A DNA stretch of 64,000 bases from Sphaerodactylus townsendi (lineage: Eukaryota). The notes below the pieces were generated by a model, which had not been told where the DNA came from, did no database searches, and saw nothing but the letters and a program-made list of their open reading frames with translations. The stretch covers positions 153,822,001 to 153,886,000 of the forward strand of contig NC_059428.1 of assembly GCF_021028975.2 (NCBI RefSeq). Reading direction: 5' to 3'. Position numbers and translations under genes: made by a program. This document shows, one piece after another, positions 47,749 to 61,163 of this stretch (its first letter is position 1; every line of letters begins with the position of its first letter).

Positions 47749-48638
47749 GATCAAAATGTATCTGGTTATACATTTCTGATGGACAGTGTAGCAGACTTCT
47801 GTACCTCATGATATTCTGTTCAGGCTAAGCTAGTAATGTGTCTGAGCTATGGCACTAATTGGGACTCACACAAGATTTCATTTCATTCATTAATCGATTT
47901 ATAACCCACCCTCCCCTGTAGGGCTCAGGGTGGCGAACAACAATAATATAAACAACAAACATCATGGGTCGTAGTCAGTCAACAAAACATTCAAAAGGCA
48001 TAACATTACAAAATAGTAAGAACATCAATAAACATAAGCAATATAAGCAGCAAATAACAATCATCATAACATTTCACATGGTAAAAATATCATAAGCATA
48101 ACATCCCCAATAAAAACATCAATAAACATGGCATAATAGCATGAAATATGACAGTATAAACAAGATAACAATAGTCATAACAGTACACCTGGCAAAGAAT
48201 ATCACTAAATGTCACATAATAGCATAATCATAATATTGTACCTCTACATTTAAAAAAAGATCCCTGCATATATAAAAGTAGCCTAGTCTTCTCCCTGATA
48301 TACTAGTTTTCTATGTACGGGGATTTTAATTTAGGTGGTAAGGTAGAACATGCCAGTTAGAATTGCCAGTCTTCAGACGGGCTGGAGTTCCTTCCCCTTG
48401 GCGAAAATGGCAGTTTTGGAGGAGGAACTATCCAAGAATTTCCCAACCTAGAGTTGTCAGCCCTGGTTTCCCCGCACACACATTTGCTGTTTGAAGGGAT
48501 GCAACTTTGAGCCAGATGCTGAGGCTTAGTTTAGCCCCCAGGTGTCCAATTCCATTTGTATGGAGGTCTTTTAAGTACGGAAACAGTGAGCTGTCTAGCC
48601 GCCACAGATCAGCAGCACTGATTCTTCTTTCTCGGCAG

Positions 48639-48740
48639 GGTGCTCAGCGGAGGTGGCTCTGGAGGCTGCTTCTCTCCATCCTGCTCAGCTGTTGGGAATC
48701 GAGGACAGGAAGGGGACCTTAGACTATGACACAGATGCAG
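48639..48740 (+). CDS. AMDHD2: AMDHD2 coding exon 10
   Basis: GCSAEVALEAASLHPAQLLGIEDRKGTLDYDTDA. Confidence 0.96.
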
Positions 48741-48858
48741 GTATTCGTGCTGGACAGCAGCACCCCCCAAACAAGAAGTGTCAGTGGCAGCCATGCTGGT
48801 GCAACCTGGTGCCCCCCACTTCCTCTGTCAGTGACATCATTTCCTGCTTCTGCTCCAG

Positions 48859-48947
48859 ATTTCTTGCTGTTGGATGACAGTCTCCACATCAGAGCTACCT
48901 ACATTGCTGGCCAGCAGGTCTGGAGACACGACGCCTTCGTCCTCTGA
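48859..48947 (+). CDS. AMDHD2: AMDHD2 coding exon 11 (stop)
   Basis: DFLLLDDSLHIRATYIAGQQVWRHDAFVL*; total CDS 1233 nt = 410 aa. Confidence 0.95.
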
Positions 48948-49693
48948 AGAGACCTGAGCAGGGATAGCAAGTGGCAGAAGCTTGACCCCAACAGATAGGT
49001 GGCACCTCCAAGCCAAAGGCTGTTCCTCTCTCTCTCTGTCTTTCTCTTGCTCCTCTCTGGGAGGAACTGTCTAGGAATGAACTGAGCCACCACAGATGGT
49101 CCTGACATCTGGCCTGCAACAACTTTTGTGTTCCTGAGAACTTTGTGTCTTCCTCGCTCTGGCCCCACCTGGTGGGCTGGGGGTAGCTGCCTGCTTTGCT
49201 GCCCATCATACACTGACTTGGGAGGCTTTCCACCAATCAAAATGAACCATCTCCCATTCATTATGGGTGGGCAGAGACCTGGGCCTGTCTTGCAAATGGT
49301 GCGGCAGCATGATCAAGGCCACAGCCACAGGGAACTTGGCCATTTTTCACCCTCAGTGCCTGCCTTCTCTGTTAACATCACTTGATGCTCAAATGGCACC
49401 TTGTCAACAATTAAAGCCAGTCTAAGGCATTGCTGTGTGTGGGTCTGATTCTCGGTAGAGGGGACTCTGGCCTTAAAGCGGCTATTCTTCTTCCCTGTCT
49501 TGCTGTCTCTAATTCTTCCCACCCTTTGGAGAATTCATCACCTAACCATGACACCAAGGGATCACCCACTCAATTCCCAGTGCCTTCCCTGTGTCTTCCA
49601 CTGCATCTGCTGTGCTGCTTTGTAAAATGGGCTGAAAGAAAACCCTGAATTAGGTTTTCTATGTTAAAAAAGCTATAATTTAAATACTAAATG

Positions 49694-50001
49694 GGAGCAG
49701 CAGTGGCATAGTGGTTAAGAGCAGGTGCATTCTGATCTGAAGGAACCGGGTTTGATTCCCTGCTCTGCCGCTTGAGCTGCAGAGACTTATCTGGGAAATT
49801 CAGATTAGTCTGTGCACTCCCAACACATGCCAGCTGGGTGACCTTGAGCTAGTCACGGTTCTTCGGAGCTCTCTCAGCCCCACCCACCTCACAGGGTGTT
49901 TGTTGTGAGGGGGGAAGGGCCAGGAGATTGTAAGCCCCTTTGAGTCTCCTTACAGGAGAGAAAAGGGGGATATAAATCCAAACTCTTCTTCTTCTTCTTC
50001 T
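49694..50001 (+). mobile_element. Squam3-like SINE
   Basis: Full-length copy. Confidence 0.85.
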
Positions 50002-51619
50002 ACTTGACACAGATATGTTATCACTATTTATTTTACATAATGTATTCTGTTCCTGCTGATCTGGGAGCTGGGGTTGCTGTTACCTTTGGGACATTCTGCT
50101 CAGTTGCAGTCCTGATCATCAGAGCCTTTTACCCACACCTCTGCAGGATAAAGGACTGGAAACCCAACTGAAAGATACAGGGGAGTGGGATGAGATTCCT
50201 TTAGCCCTTAGTTCCATGGATATATATTGCAAACATCTTGTTTTTTACTTTCTCCTGTTATGTGCTGCTGGAAATTCCTGTTAAGAATCCACATCTGAGC
50301 CTTTCTTTTATTGGACATGTAGTGGCTGGAATGCTGGGCTTAGGAGCTGGAAGACACAGGTTCAAATCAAGAAGCTCTTTTTGATCACCATCTTTTGGCC
50401 TCACCTACCTTACAGGGCTGTTGGGAGGACAAAAGGAGGGAAGAATCAAATATGCCACCCTGAGCTCCTTGACTAAAGGAAGGACTAAACATCTCAGACA
50501 AAGCTTATATTGCAGTTTGTTGGTCTTCAAGATGTGGCAGGTGTTAAGATAAGCTATCTTAAGGGTTTTCTAGTCCTTTCTGATTTTTACTTCTTAGCGG
50601 TTGCTCATAAGAGATTGTCAGGGCGTTCTGCCCATCGCTCTGGACTGAATCTCCTAATATAACAGGATGAAGCCTAGCGAGATTTGGAACATCTACAAGA
50701 AAAAACTGGTTTTGGTTGGGTGAAGAGTTGGAATTTTGTTCATGCAGTGGCTGTGCTTGTGTACTCTTTTCTGGGAGGGGGCACCTGTGATTAATGCACT
50801 CCCACACACATATACAACATACAGCACAAATTCATGAAACAAGTTAATGGTCAAGCATTGAGTCAGTGTTCCCTTTGACTGGCAGTGGCTCTCCAGGGCT
50901 TCAAGAAGTGGTCCTTTGCATCACCGACTAGCTGATCCAATTTGCAGGACACTGAATCTGCCACCATGGGCATGCGAAGCAGATGCTCTGCTATGTGCGG
51001 AGCCATTGCTTCCACTCTATATACTGATACAACCCTTTAAAAAAAGACACACCAGAACAATGTAGGGTACACATCCAGCATTCTACCCTTACATGTATTC
51101 TCTCACGTATTAAGTTCAAAAGGAACCAAGGCATCCTAAAAGTCGTCTAATTTTCCTTTTAGCATCTCCCTTGGTAGAATCATATCCAGAAATAGCTCTT
51201 ATTTGGTTTTCTGACTATGAATCTGCAATACATTATTTTTCTACGTTCCAGCTTGTTACCACTTGATGCCTCTGATGATTAAGCTCTCAAAAGCTTGTAC
51301 CATTAGCACATTTATTAGTGTTAAGCTGCCATAACCCCCCTCTGGTAATTTTGCAAACTTTTCCCAAATGGTAACTCACCTCTTCCCTTTTACAACCATC
51401 CTGGCTTCCAGCACCATGAAGCAAACCAGTGCGTATTGATGTATAGCAGAAAAAGCAGTATAAATGTGGGGTTTATTGAAGATTAAATGAGAAATGCCTC
51501 AGCCCTGTCAGGGAGGGCAGCATATTAATTGAGCTAACTAAATATTTTTAAAATGCCTTTGAAAAGACGACACGTTTTACAGAGGAGGCCCAGGTCAGCA
51601 GATTGGGAAGGCAAAGGGT

Positions 51620-51960
51620 TTACGTTGGCTTCCGCTTGTAGGTGCGGAACGATTTTACACCGGAACTGAAGTCGCGAGAACGAGGGGGGAACAAGTTTCT
51701 TGTCGGAATGGTCCGTCGTCCTTTTCTCCCCGGTCTGAATCTGTGGGCTGTGGGGACAAAGGATAACCCCCCCCGTACCTGTTGCTCCCGTTTACTCGTG
51801 AGTAAGGCTCATTGCGTGTGGTCAAGTAGAAGAATTTGCTTCTGAGGAGCAGGCGCGGCCTACACGGGGCTTCTGAGGAGAAGGCGCGGACTATACGGGG
51901 CGTTGTCACCTCATAATATGATGGTTAATAGAGTTTGAAATGGCTCGGTGCGTGACTGAG
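51620..51960 (+). promoter_or_regulatory. CpG promoter of the C8orf33 homolog
   Basis: Local CpG cluster with ETS-like CGGAA/TTCCG sites and TCGCGAGA. Confidence 0.65.
51708..51797 (+). CDS. C8orf33: C8orf33 homolog, candidate first coding exon
   Basis: ATG at 51708; phase-0 donors at ATG|GTCCGT or CTC|GTGAGT (51797) are both in frame with exon 54177; boundary uncertain. Confidence 0.35.
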
Positions 51961-52799
51961 GGGAGCACAGAGGCTGACTTTGGGGGTCTCTGCTTGACTC
52001 GGGTGCAGAACTTGAACATTTCTGGAAGTTTTAATGTCCCCCCTCCAAAAGGGGATCCCCTTAACGTGTTTCTTTCTTTTTAATAGAAGTTTTGAGGGGA
52101 AAAGCTCAAGGAAAAGCACCCCCCTTTCCCGGCCCAAATATATGCATTAATTCGCAATTAACATATAAAATTCTGCTGTGTGGCTTTCTTACAAAATTAA
52201 AACGCATAAATACCTTTGTTTTCTGCAAGCAGAATGGTCGACATGTCCAATAAAAGATAAAGGATTGTGAACTGCTGCATACTATACTACTTTAATAAAA
52301 CAAGGTTAGGGCTATGTATATAAACCCCTTAACGTTTATTCAATAATAGGTTTGTATGAGTCAGTCATGCATACAATGAAATGTTCACTGACAATGGTTT
52401 ATGTTGGAATAAAATTGGTTAGTCTTTAAAAGCTGCTAGGCTTGTCTTTTATTTTGCTGCATCTGGAATACGGTCCAACATGGCAATTGTCTTTGGGGTG
52501 GAGTGGCTGCCTTGATGGTTGAAATACAGAGGTGTCGGGGTGTGGGAAGGAAAGGTCTTTTGGATCTGATAAGCAGGGAGGTCCAGTAGCAAAATAGCTT
52601 TGGAGGAGGGAAGCTGTTGCTTGTAGATTAGAGAAGATGCCTTCCTTACTGGGAGATCTGGAGAGGAGGATATTGCTTGCTAAGGATCAGGGGTAGAGAT
52701 TTGGTGTAGGAAGTTGGGGTCTGATTACAGAATGAACAAGACACTTGTGTAGTGGGAAGATAAATATAGCACATGTCAACAGATAATCAAGATTGTACA

Positions 52800-53590
52800 C
52801 TGGCTCTGGCGGGTTTTCCGGACTGTGTGGCCGTGGTCCGGTAGATCTTGTTCCTAACTTTTCGCCTGCATCCGTGACTGGCATCTTCAGAGGTGTATCA
52901 CAGAGAGAAGTCTGTTACACATTGTGTCTAGTGAGAAGAGAATGTCCCACGTCCCAGGGTGGGGAACTAATCAGTCAGTGTTTGGGTGGAACTTGCTATG
53001 CAAGGTGTGGTTGAGTGCATTGTATTGCAGGTGGGGTTATCAGTCCATTTACAATTTTACATGTAGTTGCATTTGCATTCCCTGCAGCAGCAGCAGCAGT
53101 ATTGGTGAATGCAAATCCTGTGTCTGGGTGGAGTCCATTGTCCATGATCTTAGCATGCCCTTGGCTTTTAATTCTGGTGTTTTTAAGTACTGGTAGCCAA
53201 GCTCTGTTAATTCTCAGAGTCTCTTCTTTCTTGTTGAGGTTGTCTTGGTGTTTGTGAATTTCAATGGCCTCCCTGTGCAGTCTGATATAGTAACCTTCTG
53301 GATTGTCCAGAATTTCAGTGTTTCCAAATACAATGTTATGTCCAGTTTTGTTCAGAACATGTTATGCTACTGCAGATTTTTCAGGATTGTTAAGCTGACA
53401 GTGTCTTTCGTGTTCCTTAATACGAGTCTGAATGCTGCGTTTTGTGGTTCCTATGTAGACTTTTCACAGCTGCAGGGTATGCGATAGACTCCTGCAGAAG
53501 TGAGGGGGTCACTGTTGTCCTTTGCTGAACATAGCATCTGCTGTATTTTCCTGGTAGGTTCGAAGATGGTTTGTAGGTTATGTTTTCTAT
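52800..53590 (-). mobile_element. Penelope-like retroelement 3' fragment with GIY-YIG endonuclease
   Basis: Reverse complement translates GVYRIPCSCEKVYIGTTKRSIQTRIKEH...SAVA*H...REAIEI. Confidence 0.88.
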
Positions 53591-53837
53591 ATCCCTTTTG
53601 CTTCTAGATGCTTCTCTGCCATCTTGGACTTTGAGGTGAATGGTGACATAAGCTTTTGGGAGTTGTGCATTATAAGCTTGCATCACTGGTCTTCCAGATG
53701 GAAGAGGTAAGAGCCTCATGTACTGTTTTTGGGTTCCTAACATTGTGTAACCCCAGTGTATGTGAAGGACTAGATGTGCTGATTTTGTTTGTGGGTTTGT
53801 TTTTGCATGGAGTTATATGTTGGGAGCCATTGAAAAT

Positions 53838-53871
<34 letters not shown>

Positions 53872-54176
53872 CATGCAGTCTAAAGTGGCATAATCTGTTC
53901 TGCAGCTGCAGGAGTGCACTATTTCATTGTGCTGCAGTGGGGGAAACACTCTTTTATATAGAAAACGTGGCTTCTGTATGCACATACTGGTAAACACCAT
54001 TTTTGTACAACTGCAGTTAAGAGGTATGTGCTGTGACAGTGTCAAAGTGTGTTTTCTTCGTTTTCCCTAGTTTTTGCTACTGTTTGCATGTCCTTGTTTT
54101 GGGCACACACGTGCAACCCTCTCCCTCACTGAAGATCTGCCTCTATGATGTTTCTGTGCTCTGTCCCCTAATCCAG

Positions 54177-54267
54177 GCTCCTCAAGGGACTTTCCAGGAT
54201 GAATTGGAGTGGTGCATCTCCCAGCTGGAGACTGGCCTCCTCCGTCTCAATCCAACTCCAGAGCAAG
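54177..54267 (+). CDS. C8orf33: UPF0488 protein C8orf33 homolog, module-1 exon a
   Basis: APQGTFQDELEWCISQLETGLLRLNPTPEQ; 91 nt, phase 0-1. Confidence 0.88.
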
Positions 54268-55113
54268 GTGTGTGTCTCATCCTTGGCATCCCCTGCCTTC
54301 ATCCTCAGTTCATCCTCAAGTGCCTGCCCTGCCATCTCCTGTGTTCTCTTTTTCCTCTTCTGGGAGAGTGTTACTAAACAGAGCCCATGTGGCACAGTGG
54401 TTAGAGTTCCAAACTGCAATCTGACAAACACAAGGTTCGAACTCCCCCTTTGCTGTGGAAGCTCGCTGGGCAACCTTGGTCCTGTCACACTCTCTCAGTC
54501 TAACCTACCTCACAGCGTTGTTGTGAGGATAAAATGGAGGAGAATGGTGTAAGCTGCCTTGGGTTCCCATTAGGGAGGAAGACCGGGTGTATTGAAGTAA
54601 ATAAATGAATGGAACCCTTTACCATCACGCATCAGAATGTACAGAAGAAATATAAAAGGTAGAGAAACTATATCCAGTCATTAAAACAACTCAAGAATCC
54701 CGGTTTTCATTGTTTCTCTTGGCTTGACTTTGTCTTGGGTGTTTTACACATGGATACCTGGACATCACATTTGCACTGATTTGGTGCCTCCAAATCTGTT
54801 CGTGCAAGTTTACATATTCTGGATCTGAAATCTGGCAAAGTTCTACATTCCCAAATCCTATTGAGGCAAAATCCCTCCATTCCCACTAGGACGCAATCAA
54901 AACATTTGCTATGTTTTAATGATACAATTGACCCAAAGTGGGACTTGTATTGATCTACTACAAGGGAATGCTTGGATGTAGAGCAGGAGAGGGAATCTAA
55001 AACCCACCACAGATGCTATCAAAAAGAAATGTTAGAAGGGCAGGCATCAGGGCTGAGTGATTGGTGAAGGCAATGATTCTTTGTATTCTTTTCCCCCTGC
55101 TTCTGGAGAGCAG

Positions 55114-55251
55114 TGGAGGACTCTCGGTACATCCTCAGGGTGCTCCGCTCGCGCAAGGCTCCTGTTGTGAAAAAGCGACAGGTGATGCACCAGATCTTTG
55201 GCGACTACCGGCTCAAGATGACTGAGGAGTTGAAGAGAGCAGCTAAAGCAG
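55114..55251 (+). CDS. C8orf33: C8orf33 homolog, module-1 exon b
   Basis: VEDSRYILRVLRSRKAPVVKKRQVMHQIFGDYRLKM; phase 1-1. Confidence 0.88.
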
Positions 55252-56187
55252 GTGAGATGGCAAACCTAGTCTTTGGGCATTGTTCAAATATGATTCTTTC
55301 TTGGAGTGTTTTATTCATTTACTCATTCATTCCGACCTCACCCTTCTCCCTGATGGGGACTCAACATGACTTCCATTGTTCTCTCCCCCTTCACTGTATC
55401 CTCACAAAAATTCTGCAAAGTAGATTAGGCAAGATAGATTCCCTACTGAGTGCCCTGGCAGAAAGGGGATTTGTGCCTGGATTTCCCAAGTCCTGTTCCA
55501 ATGCTCTGACCACTACACCACATTTGCTGCCATTTCCCACATGCATCCAAGTGAGATGAGTGTTTACACATACAGGCTGCTGCCTCTTTCTCACAAGACA
55601 CCCCTAACTTACAGCATAGAGAGCAAGTAGTGCTTTGCCGTACCTCTGTAATCCTTCTTCAGTGTTGCCTTGCAGCTTGATCCAAGCTTGCTGAATTTGT
55701 TGTTGGTTAACCAACATGAGCCAGTGATAGCTCTAGCTCAATGAGGTAGCATCCTATCCCTTGACCAGAACAGATTGGCTGTTCCCAAGCACCCTGAACG
55801 CTCAGCTCATGAATGCACACACAGCCCCTGGACGGACTCCCCGTCCCACACAGAACCCCCTCCGCCCTCCTGTCTTCGGAAAAACCCCAACAACAAACCT
55901 TTTTTCTCTGTCTGGGCAGTGCCAGCCGGCAATACACTGGGGGCAGATTCCCACCCACGGTGTGTTGCCAACCAGCGCCACTCAGATGGAGGAAAATATA
56001 TGTTGGGGGATTTTTTGCAGGGGGTGGGGTGGGGCGGAGTTCAGCTGGGGACTGGGCCTTTTGAGGGTTATCTGCTACTGCATACATCTTCATTGCTTGT
56101 CTGACTTTGTGTGTTTGGTCGAAAGTGACAGCAAAGTAACAAACATTAATGATTTAATGAAAACATCAACCCTTACATTCTCTGCAG

Positions 56188-56750
56188 TTGTGAAATCCGA
56201 GAAGATGGAAATTCAGCCTGGTGATGCATTCCCTCTGGGCAGTGTGGTGGTCCACAGGAAACGATCCGACCAGCCCTCTAAGTCTTCATCATGGTTCACT
56301 CCATCCGACAGTAGCTCTCAGTTTCACTTAGATCGTCCTGAGAGAACCCCAGAAGAAGTGAGAACAAGAACCCGCGATGTGAAGCAAGCCCGGGGTAGAG
56401 CCGGCTCTCCAAGAGCAACCGGAGCCGCAGGTGAGCGTTCCCCCGACTTACTTTAAAGGAAGGCCAACGGGAGATGTTTCACTTGTCCACTGGAACGCAA
56501 GGGCCCAAATTTGCTTTCAATTTCACCATCCCTGAGCGTCTCCCCCCTCCTTCCGCTGCTGCAGTTTGGAGGTTTGGACCCCCAGGTGGGAAGGTTGCAG
56601 CAGAAGCAGTCACAGAAAATGACACTCCATCAAGGGAAGCCACAGAGATACCAGAGAGTTTGGTCTCCCCCAAGCCTGATCCATTGGATGCAACGAGCGG
56701 TAGATGTCAAAGAGATGATGGAAGTCCGTCACTGAAGGATGCTCAAGAAG
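56188..56750 (+). pseudogene. Duplicated copy A of the large C8orf33 linker exon, frameshifted as assembled
   Basis: 563 nt versus 540 nt for copy B; the 23 extra nt cluster in 56360-56460; in-frame TAA 56454-56456. Confidence 0.6.
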
Positions 56751-56793
56751 GTAAGAAATGATGACTGCCAGTTGGATTTGGGTTTATATGTAG

Positions 56794-58149
56794 TTTTCTG
56801 TTTGTTTGTTTGTTTATTTCTATACTGCCCTATCCCTGGAGGGCTCTGGGCGGTGTACAACAGAATTCAACAAGGAAATTATAATAACATAAGCACTATC
56901 CATTCAGTAAACTACTAACACACTTTAAAAACAGCGGTTTACAGTAGATTAAAGTAAAGGCGCCCAGTGGAACCCAAATTTAAAACCTCCCCAAAAGGGA
57001 AACGGCGGGTCCCATCAATAAAGAGAGACCCCGAAATAAAAAGAGAAGGAGCAGAATGGGGGGGGGGGGCACCACTCAGCAGCTGGCCACTCCAAAGGCC
57101 CAGTGGAACAACTCAGTCTTACAGGCCCTGCGGAACTCACCCAAATCCTGCAGGGCCCAGACAACTGGAGGAAGAGTGTTCCACCAAGTCAGGACCAGAG
57201 CCATAAAGCGCCCACCTGGCCCGCTGTGGGAGGCTGCCAGCCGCGATTCATTGAGGGGCCGGGGACCACTCAGCAAAATTGGCCTCTGTTGGTGAGCATA
57301 GAGGCTGAGTAAAGGGACATATGGGGTATCATACGGTCCCGAAGGTCACCGAGGGTCCCAGCAAAGGCAGCTGTGAAGGCTCTTAAAGGTCAACACCCAC
57401 ACCTTGAAGATGATTCGGAACTCAACTGGGAGCCAATGCAGCCGGCGCAGGATATGATCTCGGAAGGCGCCCCCTGTAAGTACACTCTCCCACCTGAGTA
57501 CACTGATGACAGATCAGCCCAAAACTCCGTACCAGCTGAGCAAGGGGTCGCATATAGATGTTAAATAACAGCGGGGATAATAATGCCCCCTGGGGTACAC
57601 CGCAGTAAAGCGGGCACTTCTGGGAGGCCTGGTCCTCGCACCACACTTGCTGACTCCAGTCCCGGAGGAACGAGACAGTCCACTGAAGGACAATGCCCCA
57701 CACTCCAGAAGCAGCCAGGCGGTGGGCCAAAAGGTCGTGGTTGACCACATCAAACGCTGCGGTAAGATTTAACAATACCAGCAGTGCCGATCCACCTCGG
57801 TCAAGCTGCATACGGAGTGTATCTGTGACAGCAACGAGAACAGTCTTCCATCCCATGCCCAGTAACGGAAGCTGGACTGAAGGGATCAAGGCCAGTGCGT
57901 CATCCAGGGAAAACCCTGAAGTTGCTCCAACATCAATTTCCTCCCAACTACCATCCCCAGAAACGAAAGATCTGTAAACGGGGCGGTAATTGGCCAGATC
58001 CCCTGGATCGATGGCTCCTTTAAGAGTGGGCAGACCACTGCCTCCTTCAACCCACCCGGAAAGACTCCTTGCTCAATGGAGCACTTCATGTTGTTCAACA
58101 GATGGGGCCGTTCTGGAACAAGCAAGGCTTTATAAGCCAGGAGGGGCAC
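56794..58149 (-). mobile_element. L2-clade LINE fragment inserted only in duplicate unit A
   Basis: RT motifs LVLLNLTAAFDVVNH and GVPQGALLSPLLFNIYM; microsatellite tail at 56800-56819; flanks are contiguous in unit B. Confidence 0.85.
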
Positions 58150-58848
58150 GGAACCTGCTGCTAGACTGCATTTTGTTTCTAGGAAGACGGAAAATGGGCT
58201 GGAGACAGGACAGGATCACTGTCGGGAGGACCTAGATTTGGAGCTTGAAAAAGGGCAGATTTAGGATAACAGGACAGTTCTTAGACAACAGGTTTGGTGT
58301 TGTGGACAAGAGCAGGTTCACTGTATTCTGGGGAACCAGGTTTGCTCAAGAAGCAGGCACTTGAGCTGTGGAGAAACTTATCTGAGAGAACCAAGATTAG
58401 TTTGTGCACTCCAACACATGTCAGCTGGAGTTAGTCACAGTACTTCGGAGCTCTCTCAGCCCCACTCACCTCACAGGGTGTTTGTTGTGGGTGGTGGGGA
58501 AGGGAAAGGACATTGTAAGCCCCTTTGAGTCTCTTTACAGGAGAGAAAGAGGGGATATAAATCCAAACTCTTCTTCATTTTATCCTCATAACAATTCTTC
58601 AAAGTAGATTAGGCAAGATAGATTACCAATTGCACGGTTCAGACGGAGGAAAAGGTATGTTGGGGGATGTTTTGCAGGGGTGGGGTGGGGTGGGGCGGAG
58701 TTCAGCTGGGGACTGGGCCTTTTGAGGGTCATCTGCTACTGCATACATCTTCATTGCTTGTCTGACTCTGTGCGTTGGGTCGAAAGTGGCAGCAAAGCAA
58801 CAAACATTAATAATTTAATTGAAACATCAACCCTTACATTCCCTGCAG

Positions 58849-59388
58849 TTGTGAAGTCCGAGAAGGTGGAAATCCAGCCTGGAGATGCTTTCCCTCTGGG
58901 CAGTGTGGTAGTCTGCAGGAAACAATCTGGCCAGCCCTCTAAGTCTTCATCATGGTTCACTCCATCCGACAGTAGCTCTCAGTTTCACTTAGATCGTCCT
59001 GAGAGAACCCCAGAAGAAGTGAACAGAACCGCATGTGAAGCAAACGGGGTAGACGGCTCTCAAGAGCAGACCGCAGGTGACGTTCCCCCGACACTGGAAG
59101 GCCAACGGGAGATGTTTCACTTTTCCACTGGAACGCAAGGGCCCAAATTTGCTTTCAATTTCACCATCCCTGAGCGTCTCCCCCCTCCTTCCGCTGCTGC
59201 AGTTTGGAGGTTTGGACCCCCAGGTGGGAAGGTTGCAGCAGAAGCAGTCACAGAAAATGACACTCCATCAAGGGAAGCCACAGAGATACCAGAGAGTTTG
59301 GTCTCCCCCAAGCCTGATCCATTGGATGCAGCAAACGGTAGATGTCAAAGAGATGATGGAAGTCCTCCTTTGGAGGTTACTCAAGAAG
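58849..59388 (+). CDS. C8orf33: C8orf33 homolog, large linker exon (intact copy B)
   Basis: 540 nt open, phase 1-1, VKSEKVEIQPGD...PKFAFNFTIPE...VTQE; donor G|GTAAGA. Confidence 0.82.
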
Positions 59389-59559
59389 GTAAGAAATGAT
59401 GACTGCCAGTTGGATTTGGGTTCATTTGTAGATCCCTGCCTGTTTAGACTTTCTTTTGTTTCCAGGAAGATGGAAATTTGCTGGAATATTCTGGGATCAC
59501 TGTCGTTGGGATATCTAGCATGGAAGTATAATAATAAAAACAGCTTAGTGCTTAGCCAA

Positions 59560-59849
59560 CGCGGTGTAGTGGTTAAGAGCAGGTTCGCTCTAATCTGGGG
59601 AACCAGGTTTGGTTCCCCACTCTGCCACTTGAGCTGTGGAGGCTTATCTGGGGAACCAGATTAGTTTGTGCACTCCAACGCATGTCAGCTGGGTGACCTG
59701 GGGTTAGTTACAGTACTTCGGAGCTCTCTCAGCCCCACCCACCTCACAGGGTGTTTGTTGTGGGTGGTGGGGAAGGGAAAGGACATTGTAAGCCCCTTTG
59801 AGTCTCTTTACGGGAGAGAAAGAGGGGATATAAATCCAAACTCTTCTTC
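59560..59849 (+). mobile_element. Squam3-like SINE (also duplicated at 58293-58576)
   Basis: Both copies share diagnostic changes (CAGTACTTCGG, GGACATTG). Confidence 0.85.
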
Positions 59850-60232
59850 ATTTTATCCTCATAACAATTCTTAAAGTAGATTAGGCAAGGTAGATTACCA
59901 ATTGCACAGTTCAGACTGAGGAAAAGGTATGTTGGGGGATTTTTTGTAGGGGTGGGGCGGAGTTCAGCCAGGGACTGGGCCTTTGGGGGTGGTCTGCTAC
60001 TGCATACATCTTCATTTCTTTCTGACTGGGCTTGCATGTAGATCCCTGCCAGTTTGGACTTCCTTTTGTTTGCAGTCTTGAACATAAATTAACCTTGTGG
60101 TAATTGGCAGTTGCTCTTTGCTTACAGCACCTTTCTTTTAGAGCTGCATGTTTAATCGATTTAATTACATTCAGTAAAGAAGTAGATGTTTGATTGGCTC
60201 AAAATTCTTCCATCGGTTGATGTCCATAACAG

Positions 60233-60399
60233 AGAAGAAAGAAGCACCCCCGAAGGAAACAAGTGCCGCAGCTGCTGGCAGATCATCCAAGAGAAAAAAG
60301 AGAAAAAAACAGCCCTCAAAAATAGAACCCAACCAAAATGTGAATGAAGATAACAGACTCCGTGTCAAAGCCACATGTGACCAGACTGAGATGTGTCAG
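60233..60399 (+). CDS. C8orf33: C8orf33 homolog, basic NLS-like exon (SKRKKRKK)
   Basis: Phase 1 start; best phase-0 donor is CAG|GCATGT (GC-AG intron). Confidence 0.75.
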
Positions 60400-60935
60400 G
60401 CATGTAACTGTTCCTTATGAGCAGGAGGGGAGTCTTTTTGTTGGAGATCTTTGTCCAAACTCTGCCATTGATGCCTCCAATTTATATCTTTGGAATCAAT
60501 GATGTGATTGGACAACATGAGCATGTGTTACTTTGCATGCTTGGTTCTGTTGCAAAATGTCAAGGGGAGAAGCATGCAGAATCTAGAACTAATGTGTTTT
60601 AAGCTCTTGTGGGAGGCTTGGAGGCTTTTCCAATGGTTAATTGGGAAAGATCTGAAACGTAGGGCTAAAAAAACTGTGGCTCAGTGGTAGAGCTATGAAA
60701 TTCCATGTTCAGTCCTTAAACGGATCTCCTCTAGTAGGTGATGGGAAAGACCCCAGACTGATTGACTGACTACACAAAAGGCCTTCATTGCTATTGAAGT
60801 CCCTTATCGGCAACTACATTTTTAGCAGTTCATTTGTAAGTGGGTAGAGAACCAAGCTTCACCAGCCCCACCTTTAGAGAGAGTCGCTTGCAAGCCAGGC
60901 CTGTCTTTCCCCTCTTCCTGTTTGTCCTCCTTTAA

Positions 60936-61163
<228 letters not shown>

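Larger units (their letters stand above)
55380..60075 (+). repeat. Tandem segmental repeat of 3 unequal units around the C8orf33 linker exon
   Basis: Block GAGGAAAA..TATGTTGGGGGAT...CTGCTACTGCATACATCTTCATT at ~55989, ~58647, ~59918; AAAGTAGATTAGGCAAG at ~55417, ~58601, ~59873. Confidence 0.85.

Noticed and set aside
49694-49770. tRNA genes at SINE 5' ends
   Set aside because: No complete cloverleaf; part of a dispersed SINE family.
48950-51600. CEMP1 or another gene between AMDHD2 and C8orf33
   Set aside because: No recognisable ORF or exon chain; only UTR-like sequence and SINEs.
55761-59399. 231-aa and 239-aa ORFs as standalone paralogous genes
   Set aside because: They are the duplicated C8orf33 exon plus upstream intron read-through.
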